Shown here one piece after another: positions 21,732 through 30,770 of a stretch of DNA of 64,000 bases (the first letter of the stretch is position 1; every line of letters starts with the position of its first letter). The DNA is from Clostridia bacterium. Lineage in GTDB: Bacteria > Bacillota > Clostridia > TANB77 > CAG-508. The notes under the pieces were generated by a model. It was given only the letters and a program-made list of their open reading frames with translations, was not told the DNA's origin and did not search any database. The DNA lies in assembly GCA_017510825.1 (NCBI GenBank), contig JAFWMA010000004.1:40987-104986 (forward strand). Direction: 5' to 3'. A program made the position numbers and the translations under genes.

Positions 21732-23807
21732 CTATGGTTGTTCTAAATGTAATGTTTTATATTCAGTATTATTTATTGTTTCTGTTCCATTAACTTTTAC
21801 TAAATCTTGATCTTCATCATCAATATTTCCAGAAATAGCATCATTTATACCTTTTATTATTCCATCATAATAATTTAATGTACCAGCATTTAAAATTCCA
21901 TAATCGGCTCCAATAATAACTGGTACACTTGAAGGATCTCCATCTTTTTCACCTAATGTTAATGTTGCACTATTACCAATAGCTTGCTGACTTGATGCAA
22001 TAATTGTACCTCCTGTTATAAGCATTGTACCTCCATTCATATTCTGTACTGTTGCTCTTCCAATTGGATCCCCAGTACGTATACCATTAGGAGAAGCTTC
22101 CAAGTACGAATTATCTGTTATTTCAACATATCCTCCATTGTTATAAACAGCCTGCCTGTCAGTTGTAATAGTTACTCTAACTCCACTAATCTTCAAAGTT
22201 CCTGTAGGTTCATTATCAATAGCTCCATTATATACATTAGATTGAACATTTCCATTAATTATTTCTAATACACCTTCATTTTTAATAACTGCAAAATTGC
22301 CACCATAATTTGAAATTGTATTTCCATTTAAATCAAGTACAATATTTTTACCCTGAGGTATTGAAATTGCTTCACTTGTATTCTCAAGTATAGTCAAAAC
22401 AGTTTTAGTATTATTAGGAACTTGTTTTAATGCTTCCTTAACTGAAGGATAAACATTATTATTGTATTGTACAACATTTCTTGCAGTCCAATGTGCAAAA
22501 ATTGTTATGTCACTGCTTGGACTATAACTTGATGTTACCTCTTCTCCACCATTCTTAGCAGTAAACCATCCATTAAATATGTGACCAACACGAGTTGTTG
22601 TTGGTAAGGTTCCAATAGAATCTCCTACATATATCGTTCTTGTAGTTTCGCTAACATCTCCTCCATTTGCATTAAATGTTATATCTATAAAGTTGTCATC
22701 TAATATTGCTGATTTATATCCTTCAGCATCTGCACTAGTAAATATTACACCAGTGTGATCTTCTTTTGAAGTAATCTTAGCTAAATCATTAATTGGATTA
22801 GTTATTCCTTTAATTATACCATCATAAAAACTATATGATGTTGTACTAGTTACTCCATATTTCTTTCCTTTAATTTCTAAAGCATCACTGTTGTATGTTC
22901 CATCTTTTGTACCTATGGTTAGTACTCCTTTGTTTTCAATACCAGATTGTCCAGTAGAAACTATAGTTCCACCTGTTATTGTCATTTTTGATCCAACAGT
23001 ATTATTAGTTACAGCAGGTCTTTCTGTTGTCGTTGCACTTAAACTTGCATTTCCTGATATTTCTACTGTTCCACCATTATTATAAAGTGCTTGTCTACCA
23101 CCTGTTGATATTATACTTCCTCCTGTTATATACATCTTTGCACCAGCATTATTATTTACAGCACCATTTGTAGAAGCAGAAGATGATATTGTTCCATTTG
23201 AAATTCTCAATGTTCCTGAATTTGAGATTACATTTGTATTTCCATTATTTGAAACAGTAAAGTTTTGTAAATTTAAATATATGTTTTTTCCTTCTCCTAT
23301 TGTTAAAGTTTCACTAACATTTTTTAATAAAGTTACAGTCACTTCATTTTCACTTGCCTGCACACTATTTATGGCTTGCTGAAGTGTATCAAAATAAGTT
23401 CCATTTACTACTGCAGCTTTTTGTGTCCAAGTTGCATATAAATTAATTTCATTTCCAGTAATATATGATGTAAGATTCATTGATTGTTCATCTACGTAAC
23501 TAGTCCCCTGCCCATCTGCTTGAGTATTCCACCCAGCAAAATTATAATTAGAATTAGTAAAAGTATTTTTAGTTAGATTAGTAGGTACACCATAAGTTAT
23601 TGGAAGATTATTCATTTGTCCTGTTCCACCATTACTATGAAATATTACAGTATATGTCGACGACCTTGTTTCTTTAGCATCTCCAGCAACATAAGCAGTG
23701 ACGCTAGCATTATATCTCATAAAAGTCGGCAAAATTGTTGCAAAAACAATAAACAAACAAATTGAAATTAAAATATATTTAATTCTAATTTTTGTTATTT
23801 TCTTCAT
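21732..23807 (-). CDS. large secreted protein with Listeria-Bacteroides (Flg_new) repeats and pectate-lyase-like beta-helix repeats, with a SipW-cognate-type signal peptide
   Basis: 691 aa. There are two ...NGG...W-containing Flg_new-like segments (VIFHSNGGTGQM...YATW; ITFNANGGDVSE...FAHW) and many Gly/Asn-rich beta-helix rungs. The signal peptide ends ...LPTFMRYNASV, like those of the TasA-like neighbours. Confidence 0.55.
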   Translation of the reverse strand: MKKITKIRIKYILISICLFIVFATILPTFMRYNASVTAYVAGDAKETRSSTYTVIFHSNGGTGQMNNLPITYGVPTNLTKNTFTNSNYNFAGWNTQADGQGTSYVDEQSMNLTSYITGNEINLYATWTQKAAVVNGTYFDTLQQAINSVQASENEVTVTLLKNVSETLTIGEGKNIYLNLQNFTVSNNGNTNVISNSGTLRISNGTISSSASTNGAVNNNAGAKMYITGGSIISTGGRQALYNNGGTVEISGNASLSATTTERPAVTNNTVGSKMTITGGTIVSTGQSGIENKGVLTIGTKDGTYNSDALEIKGKKYGVTSTTSYSFYDGIIKGITNPINDLAKITSKEDHTGVIFTSADAEGYKSAILDDNFIDITFNANGGDVSETTRTIYVGDSIGTLPTTTRVGHIFNGWFTAKNGGEEVTSSYSPSSDITIFAHWTARNVVQYNNNVYPSVKEALKQVPNNTKTVLTILENTSEAISIPQGKNIVLDLNGNTISNYGGNFAVIKNEGVLEIINGNVQSNVYNGAIDNEPTGTLKISGVRVTITTDRQAVYNNGGYVEITDNSYLEASPNGIRTGDPIGRATVQNMNGGTMLITGGTIIASSQQAIGNSATLTLGEKDGDPSSVPVIIGADYGILNAGTLNYYDGIIKGINDAISGNIDDEDQDLVKVNGTETINNTEYKTLHLEQP

Positions 23808-23824
23808 TATTACTCCCTTATTAA

Positions 23825-24442
23825 TTAATTAACAATTAGTTGACTTACAGCTATATGTGGTTCAATAGAAAAACCATTTTCTTTTATAATATCTGCAGGA
23901 AAAGGTATTTTACAATATACCCTATACCTCCTAATCGAAGTATTATTTAGTGCAATATTCCCTTCAGGTAAAGATATATCTTCGCTTAATAAAACACGTG
24001 TTGTATCAGGATATTCTGTTTGACTTAATGTTTCATTCTCTCCAATATTAACATATTTTTCATATTTTTTTATTAATGTACCATTAGGCAAATTCGAATT
24101 AGTTAAATCAATATCAATTGAATAAGATATTGCAACCTCAGTTAAAACTGGATTTATTGTTATATCAAAATAGCAATCATCACCCGAATCAATAACAGTT
24201 AAATTATCACTCAAATTATATAAACTAATATCTGTACTTAAATCACTTGAAGTAGGCGTTAATTCTTCACCATTAATTTTTATAGACCATTTTGCAATAT
24301 TAATTAAATTTTCTCCAACTGCTCCATTTATATATCTTGAAATAGTACCAGAAAATAATATTAGTATTAGAAACAATAGTAACAATCTCAAATATGGTTT
24401 CATACTTTTTCTGTTATGATATTTATAGTGATATCTTAGCAT
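23825..24442 (-). CDS. TasA/camelysin-like secreted protein (SipW-cognate signal peptide)
   Basis: The start is probably ATG 24442 (AAGGAG 11 nt upstream) or 24393 (MKPYLRLLLLF...). The signal region ...SGTISRYINGAVGENLINIAKWSIKING is paralogous to the next gene. Confidence 0.5.
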   Translation of the reverse strand: MLRYHYKYHNRKSMKPYLRLLLLFLILILFSGTISRYINGAVGENLINIAKWSIKINGEELTPTSSDLSTDISLYNLSDNLTVIDSGDDCYFDITINPVLTEVAISYSIDIDLTNSNLPNGTLIKKYEKYVNIGENETLSQTEYPDTTRVLLSEDISLPEGNIALNNTSIRRYRVYCKIPFPADIIKENGFSIEPHIAVSQLIVN

Positions 24443-24549
24443 ATTAACACATACTCCTTTGTTCTTATTTTTTGTCCGCTCAAATCTACATATTAGTTTT
24501 CTAGTTATAATATGCACATTTGGGCGGAAAAAGTTTCCGCTCAAATAAA

Positions 24550-25170
24550 TTATATACTTTGTTTAGCTGTAATTGAAACACTTGCAGTTGGTGACACATC
24601 AGCCCATCCATTAGCTGTATCTGCTGCACTTCTATTATCACTGTCATTATCCCATGTTACTGTACCAACTACAGTAACAGTTTTTCCTGCTGTAACATCA
24701 GCTAAAGCTTCTGTAAATTCTACTGCAGTACCTCCAGGAGTAATAGTTTGAGCACTACCACCCTGAACAGTATATGTTACACTAGTTAATTCAAGCTTTG
24801 AACCACTATCAGTTAATCCTGTAATTGCACCAACCGATAATGAATAATCAATAGCAACTTCAGAACCACTTGGATCAATAACTAATGTAAATGTAGCCGA
24901 ACCACTTGGTGCAATTTTATTTGCACTAACTTTAGCATTAGCTACATACTCTAAAGGAACCGTTAAATCTCCAGTTATATCTTTCATGTCAGTGTTATTA
25001 ATTTTTACAGACCATTTTGCAATATCAATCGTTGCATTTCCACTTGCAGAATTTGTATATCTAGTATAAGTTCCTCCAATAATAGCAACTAGTAAAAATA
25101 AAATCAAAGCTAATATAGTCCATTTTTTTGCTGAAGTAGTTTTAGAATTATTTTTAGACATTTCTTTCAC
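24550..25170 (-). CDS. TasA/camelysin-like secreted protein (SipW-cognate signal peptide)
   Basis: 206 aa, ...IIGGTYTRYTNSASGNATIDIAKWSVKINN, a G-G-T-Y-x-x-Y-T signal-peptide class like TasA/CalY. Confidence 0.5.
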   Translation of the reverse strand: MKEMSKNNSKTTSAKKWTILALILFLLVAIIGGTYTRYTNSASGNATIDIAKWSVKINNTDMKDITGDLTVPLEYVANAKVSANKIAPSGSATFTLVIDPSGSEVAIDYSLSVGAITGLTDSGSKLELTSVTYTVQGGSAQTITPGGTAVEFTEALADVTAGKTVTVVGTVTWDNDSDNRSAADTANGWADVSPTASVSITAKQSI

Positions 25171-25275
25171 CTCCTTTTTAAAATATAAAATTAATATATA
25201 AATAGTCCCATAATGAAATTAGAAGACTAATTATAGCTAATTAAAACTAATATCTAATATAATGTTAAATGATTA

Positions 25276-25752
25276 TTATTCTTTCTCAATCATATTTGCA
25301 TCTTTAGCATCAATCTTTTTTGCAAAATAAATGCAAACTTCACCAATCAATAAAATAAAACAAGAAATTATAATAATCATAAATGGCTGGCAAATAACAT
25401 ATAATATTGAACCTAACTTTGGAATTTTAAATACAACAACTCCTTCAACCTTATCAAAATTTACATTTTTTGATGATATAGTAACTCTATCACTATCATT
25501 TCGATATGCAATAACACTATTTACTTTTAAACTATCTTTTATTTCATTAAACGTAATAACTAAATCCCCATATTCTAACGATTCATCCATACTGTCATCA
25601 AAAACAACAAACATTTTATATCCGAAAATATCAGGTATTTTTTCTGGTTCAAAAAACTTTTGATATACAATACGGATTGAAGCTATAGCAAGAGGAATAA
25701 ATACTAAAATAAATATTACATCTCCAATTGATTTTCTAAAATTATTTTTCAC
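25276..25752 (-). CDS. degenerate SipW-like signal peptidase paralog (Ser box altered, His box and box E absent)
   Basis: 158 aa, alignable to the 206-aa SipW (FGYKMFVVFDDSMDESLEYGDLVI vs LGYRAYMVMTGSMEPNYNIGDLII; VVVFKIPKLGSIL vs TLVFKISKLGSVL). THR is replaced by TIS and the GDNN segment is missing. Confidence 0.5.
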   Translation of the reverse strand: MKNNFRKSIGDVIFILVFIPLAIASIRIVYQKFFEPEKIPDIFGYKMFVVFDDSMDESLEYGDLVITFNEIKDSLKVNSVIAYRNDSDRVTISSKNVNFDKVEGVVVFKIPKLGSILYVICQPFMIIIISCFILLIGEVCIYFAKKIDAKDANMIEKE

Positions 25753-26003
25753 TTTTCCCTCTTAATACTTAATTAAAAATTACCTAACTTATAAGAATAT
25801 TTATACTACATAAATTTATCACTTTTACATTCATTTGTAAACCTGTAAAAAAGAACAAAAAAAGACTTAAAGCTAACTTATTCTAAGCATTAAGTCGTTA
25901 TTTTACAAAAATATTATTTTTTTTTTACTTTTTTTACAAAAATATTACAAATATAACAAAAAATCTTATAACAAAGCAGTAAAACTTATATTATAAGATT
26001 TTT

Positions 26004-26549
26004 CTAAACAATATGTTGGGTAATGATTACGTAAAAAGGCACTTTTATTTTTTCACTTAAAACAAAAGATTGATCTTCATCTGAAACATTATCTAACCAC
26101 TCTACTTCAAATGTAAAAACTAGTTTCCCATCTTCATTAGAAAACAACATATTATCTCCTAATGAAATTGTTTTAACTGTTCCAAGGGTATAATTAATAT
26201 CATTAATCTTTGATATAAACTTAAATGAATTACCAAACTTAGAAGTATCTGCATTTACTAAAATATCAACTGGTTCATTAAAGTCAATAATATTGATCTC
26301 AATTTCTGCAATAGCTTTTAATCCAGGTGCAAATTTACCTTTTTCTACATTCCCGTTATCCTGAACATTAAAAAATATCTCTTGTTCATTATATAGTTCT
26401 TTAGTATCTGACAGAATAGCTATTTTACAATTATCTTTCATATTATTAGATATATCAAAAAATTTAGCATAATTACTACTTGATAATAAAAAAAAGATAG
26501 TAAGTGTAAATAAAATAATAGCAATTCTTTTTGCTACATTTTCAAACAT
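26004..26549 (-). CDS. TasA-like secreted protein (third paralog)
   Basis: 181 aa. The signal peptide ends ...SSSNYAKFFDISNN (compare TasA ...WAAFNDIKS). Internal KFAPGLKAIAEIEINIIDFNEPVDILVN parallels KIAPSGSATFTLVIDPSGSEVAIDYSL of the 24550..25170 product. Confidence 0.45.
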   Translation of the reverse strand: MFENVAKRIAIILFTLTIFFLLSSSNYAKFFDISNNMKDNCKIAILSDTKELYNEQEIFFNVQDNGNVEKGKFAPGLKAIAEIEINIIDFNEPVDILVNADTSKFGNSFKFISKINDINYTLGTVKTISLGDNMLFSNEDGKLVFTFEVEWLDNVSDEDQSFVLSEKIKVPFYVIITQHIV

Positions 26550-26723
26550 TTAAATACCTCAACTATTATTATTACACTTACTATTATACCATTAAATAGT
26601 ACTTTATGTCAACTGTTTATGTTTTTCTGAAGGTGTTTTACAATTTCATCATTTTATATTTCCTTAAAAAATTAGTTCATATTAAGTTACAACCACTCTT
26701 CATTTCTTTTTATATAAACCTTT

Positions 26724-27121
26724 TTATACATTTGAATTAAAAATATATAACGATTTAGCCATACTACCAAAGTAAGTATGATTCTCTGTTGATAATACAA
26801 TAGCTTTGCTACTTCCACTTACAATATTGGTGCCCATAAATCCAATATTAGAAATGTCAGTTACTATTTCATATTCCTTTAGCTCTGCAAACTTTTCTAC
26901 AGGATTAGATTCTCCTGTAACCTTTTTAAAAAAGAATTATTATTTTTTAAATCTATTATATTCTTCCCATATTTTTCTAGTCTTTCATCTTCATCAACCA
27001 CACTTATTCCATTTAAAGATGTTTCATATTTTTTTAATAATTTATCTATCTTTAGTTTACTATTTTCTTTAATTAATTTTTCTACAACTTTGTAATTTTC
27101 GTTATTATTCACCTTTTTCAT
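26724..27121 (-). pseudogene. P-type cation-transporting ATPase (MgtA-like) N-terminal remnant
   Basis: A 74-aa ORF with intact RBS AGGAG and start encodes the Cation_ATPase_N region (LLKKYETSLNGISVVDEDERLEKYGKNI...FLKRLQENL). After a frame change it continues as ...TGESNPVEKFAELKEYEIVTDISNIGFMGTNIVSGSSKAIVLSTENHTYFGSMAKSL and then stops. The TM1-2 region and everything after the actuator domain are missing. Confidence 0.6.
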
Positions 27122-27209
27122 CCTAGTCTCCTAATGAGATAAAATGATAATTAATAGCAAAACTTAGCCATATATTAGTTTGAACAATTTAAATTGTTAA
27201 TTAATATTG

Positions 27210-27626
27210 CTAATTATCAGTTATCTCTTCAAATTTTTTATTTATTTCTGAATTGCATTTTTTCATATTTATAGGCTTTAATTCTTTATTAGTAAAACAA
27301 TGCTTTGTCCAAGCATTAATTACTTTTTTTCCTGTTTTACTATCAGTTACATCATAATCTACTTTCAATCGAACTCCATTATACTCAGTAATAATTGGCT
27401 TAATAATAATTGTATCTCCACTTGTCACAGGAAACTTGTACTGACAATTAACCTCCAATACAGGAATTGTATAACCAATCGACTCCAAACTCTCCATAGG
27501 AATTCCTATTTCTTCAAGCCATTTGCATCTTGCTTCTTCTAGAAATCTTATATAATTAGAGTGATGAACCACTCCCATTTTATCTGTTTCATAATAATTA
27601 ATTAACCTTTTATATTCAAATTTCAT
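27210..27626 (-). CDS. acyl-CoA thioesterase (4HBT/YbgC hotdog family)
   Basis: MKFEYKRLINYYETDKMGVVHHSNYIRFLEEAR.... The real start is MKFEYK (GGAGG RBS), not the upstream M given in the track. Confidence 0.7.
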   Translation of the reverse strand: MKFEYKRLINYYETDKMGVVHHSNYIRFLEEARCKWLEEIGIPMESLESIGYTIPVLEVNCQYKFPVTSGDTIIIKPIITEYNGVRLKVDYDVTDSKTGKKVINAWTKHCFTNKELKPINMKKCNSEINKKFEEITDN

Positions 27627-27784
27627 ATAGTATTCCTCCATTTTTTTAATTTAAACAATTATATAATAAAAAGCTGATAATTTCAATGAACTATCAGCCT
27701 AAAACTTTACTCATTCAAAATTTTAAAAACTTGTACTTAACCCTAAGCATTAAAAAAAAAATTTAGCTAAAATAACATTTTAAT

Positions 27785-28225
27785 TTAATTTTCATAATTC
27801 TCCTCTAATAACTCATATAGTATTTGATATAACATTTTTGCTTTATCAGGAGATAACTTAAGTTCTTTTATCATCTGGTTTGGTATATCTACCGCTTTTT
27901 TCCTTAATTCTTCACCTTTTTGGGTAATTGAAATAACTAAATGTCTCCCATCTTCAATGTTTTTTTCCTTTTTAATATAGCCTTTCGCCTCTAATTTTTT
28001 TAATAAAGGTGCTAAAGTGTTGGATTTCAGCAATAAACAATCCCCCAGTGTCTTTTCATTTACTTGGTTTTTTTCCCACAATACCATCATTGTTATATAT
28101 TGAGTATATGTAAGGTCTAATTCCTTAAGAAGTGGCTTATATGTTCTTATTATCTTGTTTGAAACAGCATATATAGGAAAACACAATTGATTTTTTAATT
28201 TTAACGACTCATAATTATTTTCCAT
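27785..28225 (-). CDS. ohrR: MarR-family organic hydroperoxide resistance regulator
   Basis: 146 aa, alignable along its length to B. subtilis OhrR, including the reactive-Cys context LKLKNQLCFPIYAVS and ...KAVDIP.... Confidence 0.75.
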   Translation of the reverse strand: MENNYESLKLKNQLCFPIYAVSNKIIRTYKPLLKELDLTYTQYITMMVLWEKNQVNEKTLGDCLLLKSNTLAPLLKKLEAKGYIKKEKNIEDGRHLVISITQKGEELRKKAVDIPNQMIKELKLSPDKAKMLYQILYELLEENYEN

Positions 28226-28248
28226 TTTAATTCCTCATTCTAATCATA

Positions 28249-28791
28249 TTATGATAGCAATTCTTTAATTTTATCCTCCATAGTTAGTGGTTCTTCAGTA
28301 GGAGAATAACGTCCAACAACATTTCCATCACGATCAACAATAAATTTAGTAAAATTCCATTTTATATCTCCTTGTTTTTTATAAGAAGCACTAATCTTTT
28401 CTATTGCTTTCATAGCTGCTTTATTTTTAAATCCGTTAATTATATCTTCTTTTTTACCATCTTTTAATATTGTATATAATGGTTCCTCATTCTCTCCATT
28501 AACTTCAATTTTCTTAAATTGGTCAAAAGACGTATTATATTTTGCTGTACAGAACTCATGTATTTCATCATCAGTACCAGGCGCTTGATGTCCAAATTGA
28601 TCACATGGAAAATCTAATATTTCTAATCCTTTTTCATGATACTGTTTATACAATTTTTCTAACCCATCATATTGTGGAGTAAATCCACACCCAGTTGCAG
28701 TATTTACAATCAATAATACTTTACCTTTATAATTACTTAATGGTACATCATTTCCTTTCCTATCTTTAACAGTACAATCATATATAGACAT
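28249..28791 (-). CDS. gpx: glutathione peroxidase
   Basis: 180 aa, VLLIVNTATGCGFTPQYDGLEKLYKQY...FPCDQFGHQAPG. Confidence 0.85.
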   Translation of the reverse strand: MSIYDCTVKDRKGNDVPLSNYKGKVLLIVNTATGCGFTPQYDGLEKLYKQYHEKGLEILDFPCDQFGHQAPGTDDEIHEFCTAKYNTSFDQFKKIEVNGENEEPLYTILKDGKKEDIINGFKNKAAMKAIEKISASYKKQGDIKWNFTKFIVDRDGNVVGRYSPTEEPLTMEDKIKELLS

Positions 28792-28823
28792 TTTAATACC
28801 TCCTTAAATTTAATCTTTATGTA

Positions 28824-28883
28824 TTATATCGTACGCGACTTTTTTTGTCAATATATTTGCGAATAAAATTTTTCATTCGCAAA
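28824..28883 (-). promoter_or_regulatory. sigma-A consensus promoter (TTGACA-17-TATAAT) with adjacent perfect palindrome TTTGCGAAT-N10-ATTCGCAAA upstream of gpx-ohrR
   Basis: On the minus strand: tttgcgaatgaaaaattttattcgcaaa tatat TTGACA aaaaaagtcgcgtacga TATAAT ... aaggagg ... ATG (gpx). Confidence 0.65.
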
Positions 28884-28897
28884 ATCATGTCTTATTT

Positions 28898-29629
28898 TTA
28901 CTTTTCGGATTTAAGTACTCCCTTTTTATAATCCTCATATATCGCTTCATATATTATATTTGCATATGCATCTATTCCATCCCCCATAACATGAATTCCA
29001 TCTCCATAAAAATATTCCGGATGATTTTTAGATTTTTCTTCCCATTCAACAATATGAATATTAGAATGATCACTAGCATATCCTCTAAATTTATTATTAA
29101 ACTCTGGATCATCTGCTAAAACAGCCGTAACCCAATATACTTGCCTATCTCCAAGTATATTCATTATTCTATCTATTCTCCATTCAAAATAATCACTATT
29201 ATTAGCTAATGCAAGTATTACGATGTTTCCTAGTTTTCCTTCATTTTTTAAATTAGTTAGAACTTCTTCTCCACCTATCATAGAACGTGAAACCTTTCCA
29301 TCAAAATATCCATTTGGAAATACTTTATAAAGCCCTTCAGCAGCAGCAAGAATTACAGAATCACCTACACCAACTACTGGTAATTGTTTCACCTTTTCTG
29401 CAATTTCAGATTCATCAATTGAATTCTCTACATTATCCTTGTTCTGTACTTGTCCATCTATACCAATATTGTCAATTTCTTCAGCTGTGTTTTCATCTGT
29501 TATTCTATTTTGATTGTTTCGTTCCTCCATATGCTTTGAATTTTCATTTAATATACCCTCTAATTCATTCATTTCAGAACTATAATCTTTCTCTGTTACA
29601 ACTATAAAACAACTTATTATTAAAATCAA
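28898..29629 (-). CDS. SGNH/GDSL hydrolase domain (C-terminal half of an OatA-like O-acetyltransferase)
   Basis: It opens with the TM segment LILIISCFIVV and then carries SGNH-like blocks (VVGVGDSVILAAA...; ...GDGIHV...). It overlaps the acyltransferase-3 ORF by 50 nt in the +1 frame, and the junction lies at a T6 run (29645-29650). Confidence 0.6.
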   Translation of the reverse strand: MILIISCFIVVTEKDYSSEMNELEGILNENSKHMEERNNQNRITDENTAEEIDNIGIDGQVQNKDNVENSIDESEIAEKVKQLPVVGVGDSVILAAAEGLYKVFPNGYFDGKVSRSMIGGEEVLTNLKNEGKLGNIVILALANNSDYFEWRIDRIMNILGDRQVYWVTAVLADDPEFNNKFRGYASDHSNIHIVEWEEKSKNHPEYFYGDGIHVMGDGIDAYANIIYEAIYEDYKKGVLKSEK

Positions 29630-30731
29630 TCCGAATAAAAATCTTTTTTATTGCATTAAGATATTTATTAGCAAAATGTTTATATACTAATGTATGTATT
29701 AGAAATGAAATGATGAAAGTAAAAACAATTATAAATAAAGTATTTATTACATTGCTATCAGATATACTTTGCATTAAAAAGATTATTGGATATTGAGCTA
29801 AGTAAATCTCATATGAAAACTTTGCAATAAACGAAACTACTTTATCTATAAAAGTAGACCTTCTTTTCTTTTTTTCAAAAAGTGAATATCTAATCAATCT
29901 AACACTTATTAAAGAAGTAATAATCATATAAATAGCATAATTATTTTCTTCGGCAGATACAAATATTCCTAATAAAAAAAGCACTAAACAATATATCATA
30001 AAAATTATTTTATTGTTTTTTACTAGTACCTTTGGCAATTTCATGTTGTACTTATGCAAAATTAGGGCTAAAAAAACTCCATAAAAAATAGAGAATACCC
30101 TTGTAAAGGTATTGTAATATACTTCCATGATGTTCTGTGTCTTACTCATATAAAAAAACATAATCGTTAAGATTATCGAACATAATCCAACTACAATCAC
30201 TGAAACATTATTTTTATATTTCTTTTCTATTTTTCTTAAAAACACAAATATAATTGGAAAAAATAAATCAAACTGGATTAAAATTGATATATACCATAAA
30301 TGCATAAAAGGTGAATCAATGTGTCTTGTAAAATAATCTAAATTGGCTTTTAACTGCCAAAAATTATTATAGCCAAATACAACAGATATAGTCTCTTGTT
30401 TTAAATTTATCCATCTTATATCATTAATACATTTAACAATAACTACTGAAAGAGCTACAGTGAATATTAATGGGATGTATAATTTTATAAATCTTTTTTT
30501 ATAATATGATTTTGCAGAAAAGTTTGAATTGTTTAAGGCAGATGTACAGCTTAGATAACCACTTATTACCAAGAATGTACATACAGCTAAGTAGCCTCCT
30601 TTAAGTATATTAAGATGATAAAAAAGTACCAAAACACATGATATAGCTCTTATCCATTCCAATCTTCTTAAATATCTTTTTTCACTAATTCTAAAACTAT
30701 TTTTCATTTTTTTATTCCTATTTTTTGACAC
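29580..30731 (-). CDS. acyltransferase family 3 membrane domain (N-terminal half of OatA-like O-acetyltransferase)
   Basis: 383 aa, polytopic, with an N-terminal RxxxLDxxR-like LRRLEWIRAISCVLVLFYHL typical of AT3. Confidence 0.7.
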   Translation of the reverse strand: MSKNRNKKMKNSFRISEKRYLRRLEWIRAISCVLVLFYHLNILKGGYLAVCTFLVISGYLSCTSALNNSNFSAKSYYKKRFIKLYIPLIFTVALSVVIVKCINDIRWINLKQETISVVFGYNNFWQLKANLDYFTRHIDSPFMHLWYISILIQFDLFFPIIFVFLRKIEKKYKNNVSVIVVGLCSIILTIMFFYMSKTQNIMEVYYNTFTRVFSIFYGVFLALILHKYNMKLPKVLVKNNKIIFMIYCLVLFLLGIFVSAEENNYAIYMIITSLISVRLIRYSLFEKKKRRSTFIDKVVSFIAKFSYEIYLAQYPIIFLMQSISDSNVINTLFIIVFTFIISFLIHTLVYKHFANKYLNAIKKIFIRIDFNNKLFYSCNRERL

Positions 30732-30770
30732 ACTTTATATAATCATCACTTCTCCATCTTCAGAGTGGAT

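Noticed and set aside
24512-24751. 79-aa plus-strand ORF antisense to the TasA-like gene
   Set aside because: It lies entirely inside a better-supported minus-strand gene and has no RBS or motif.
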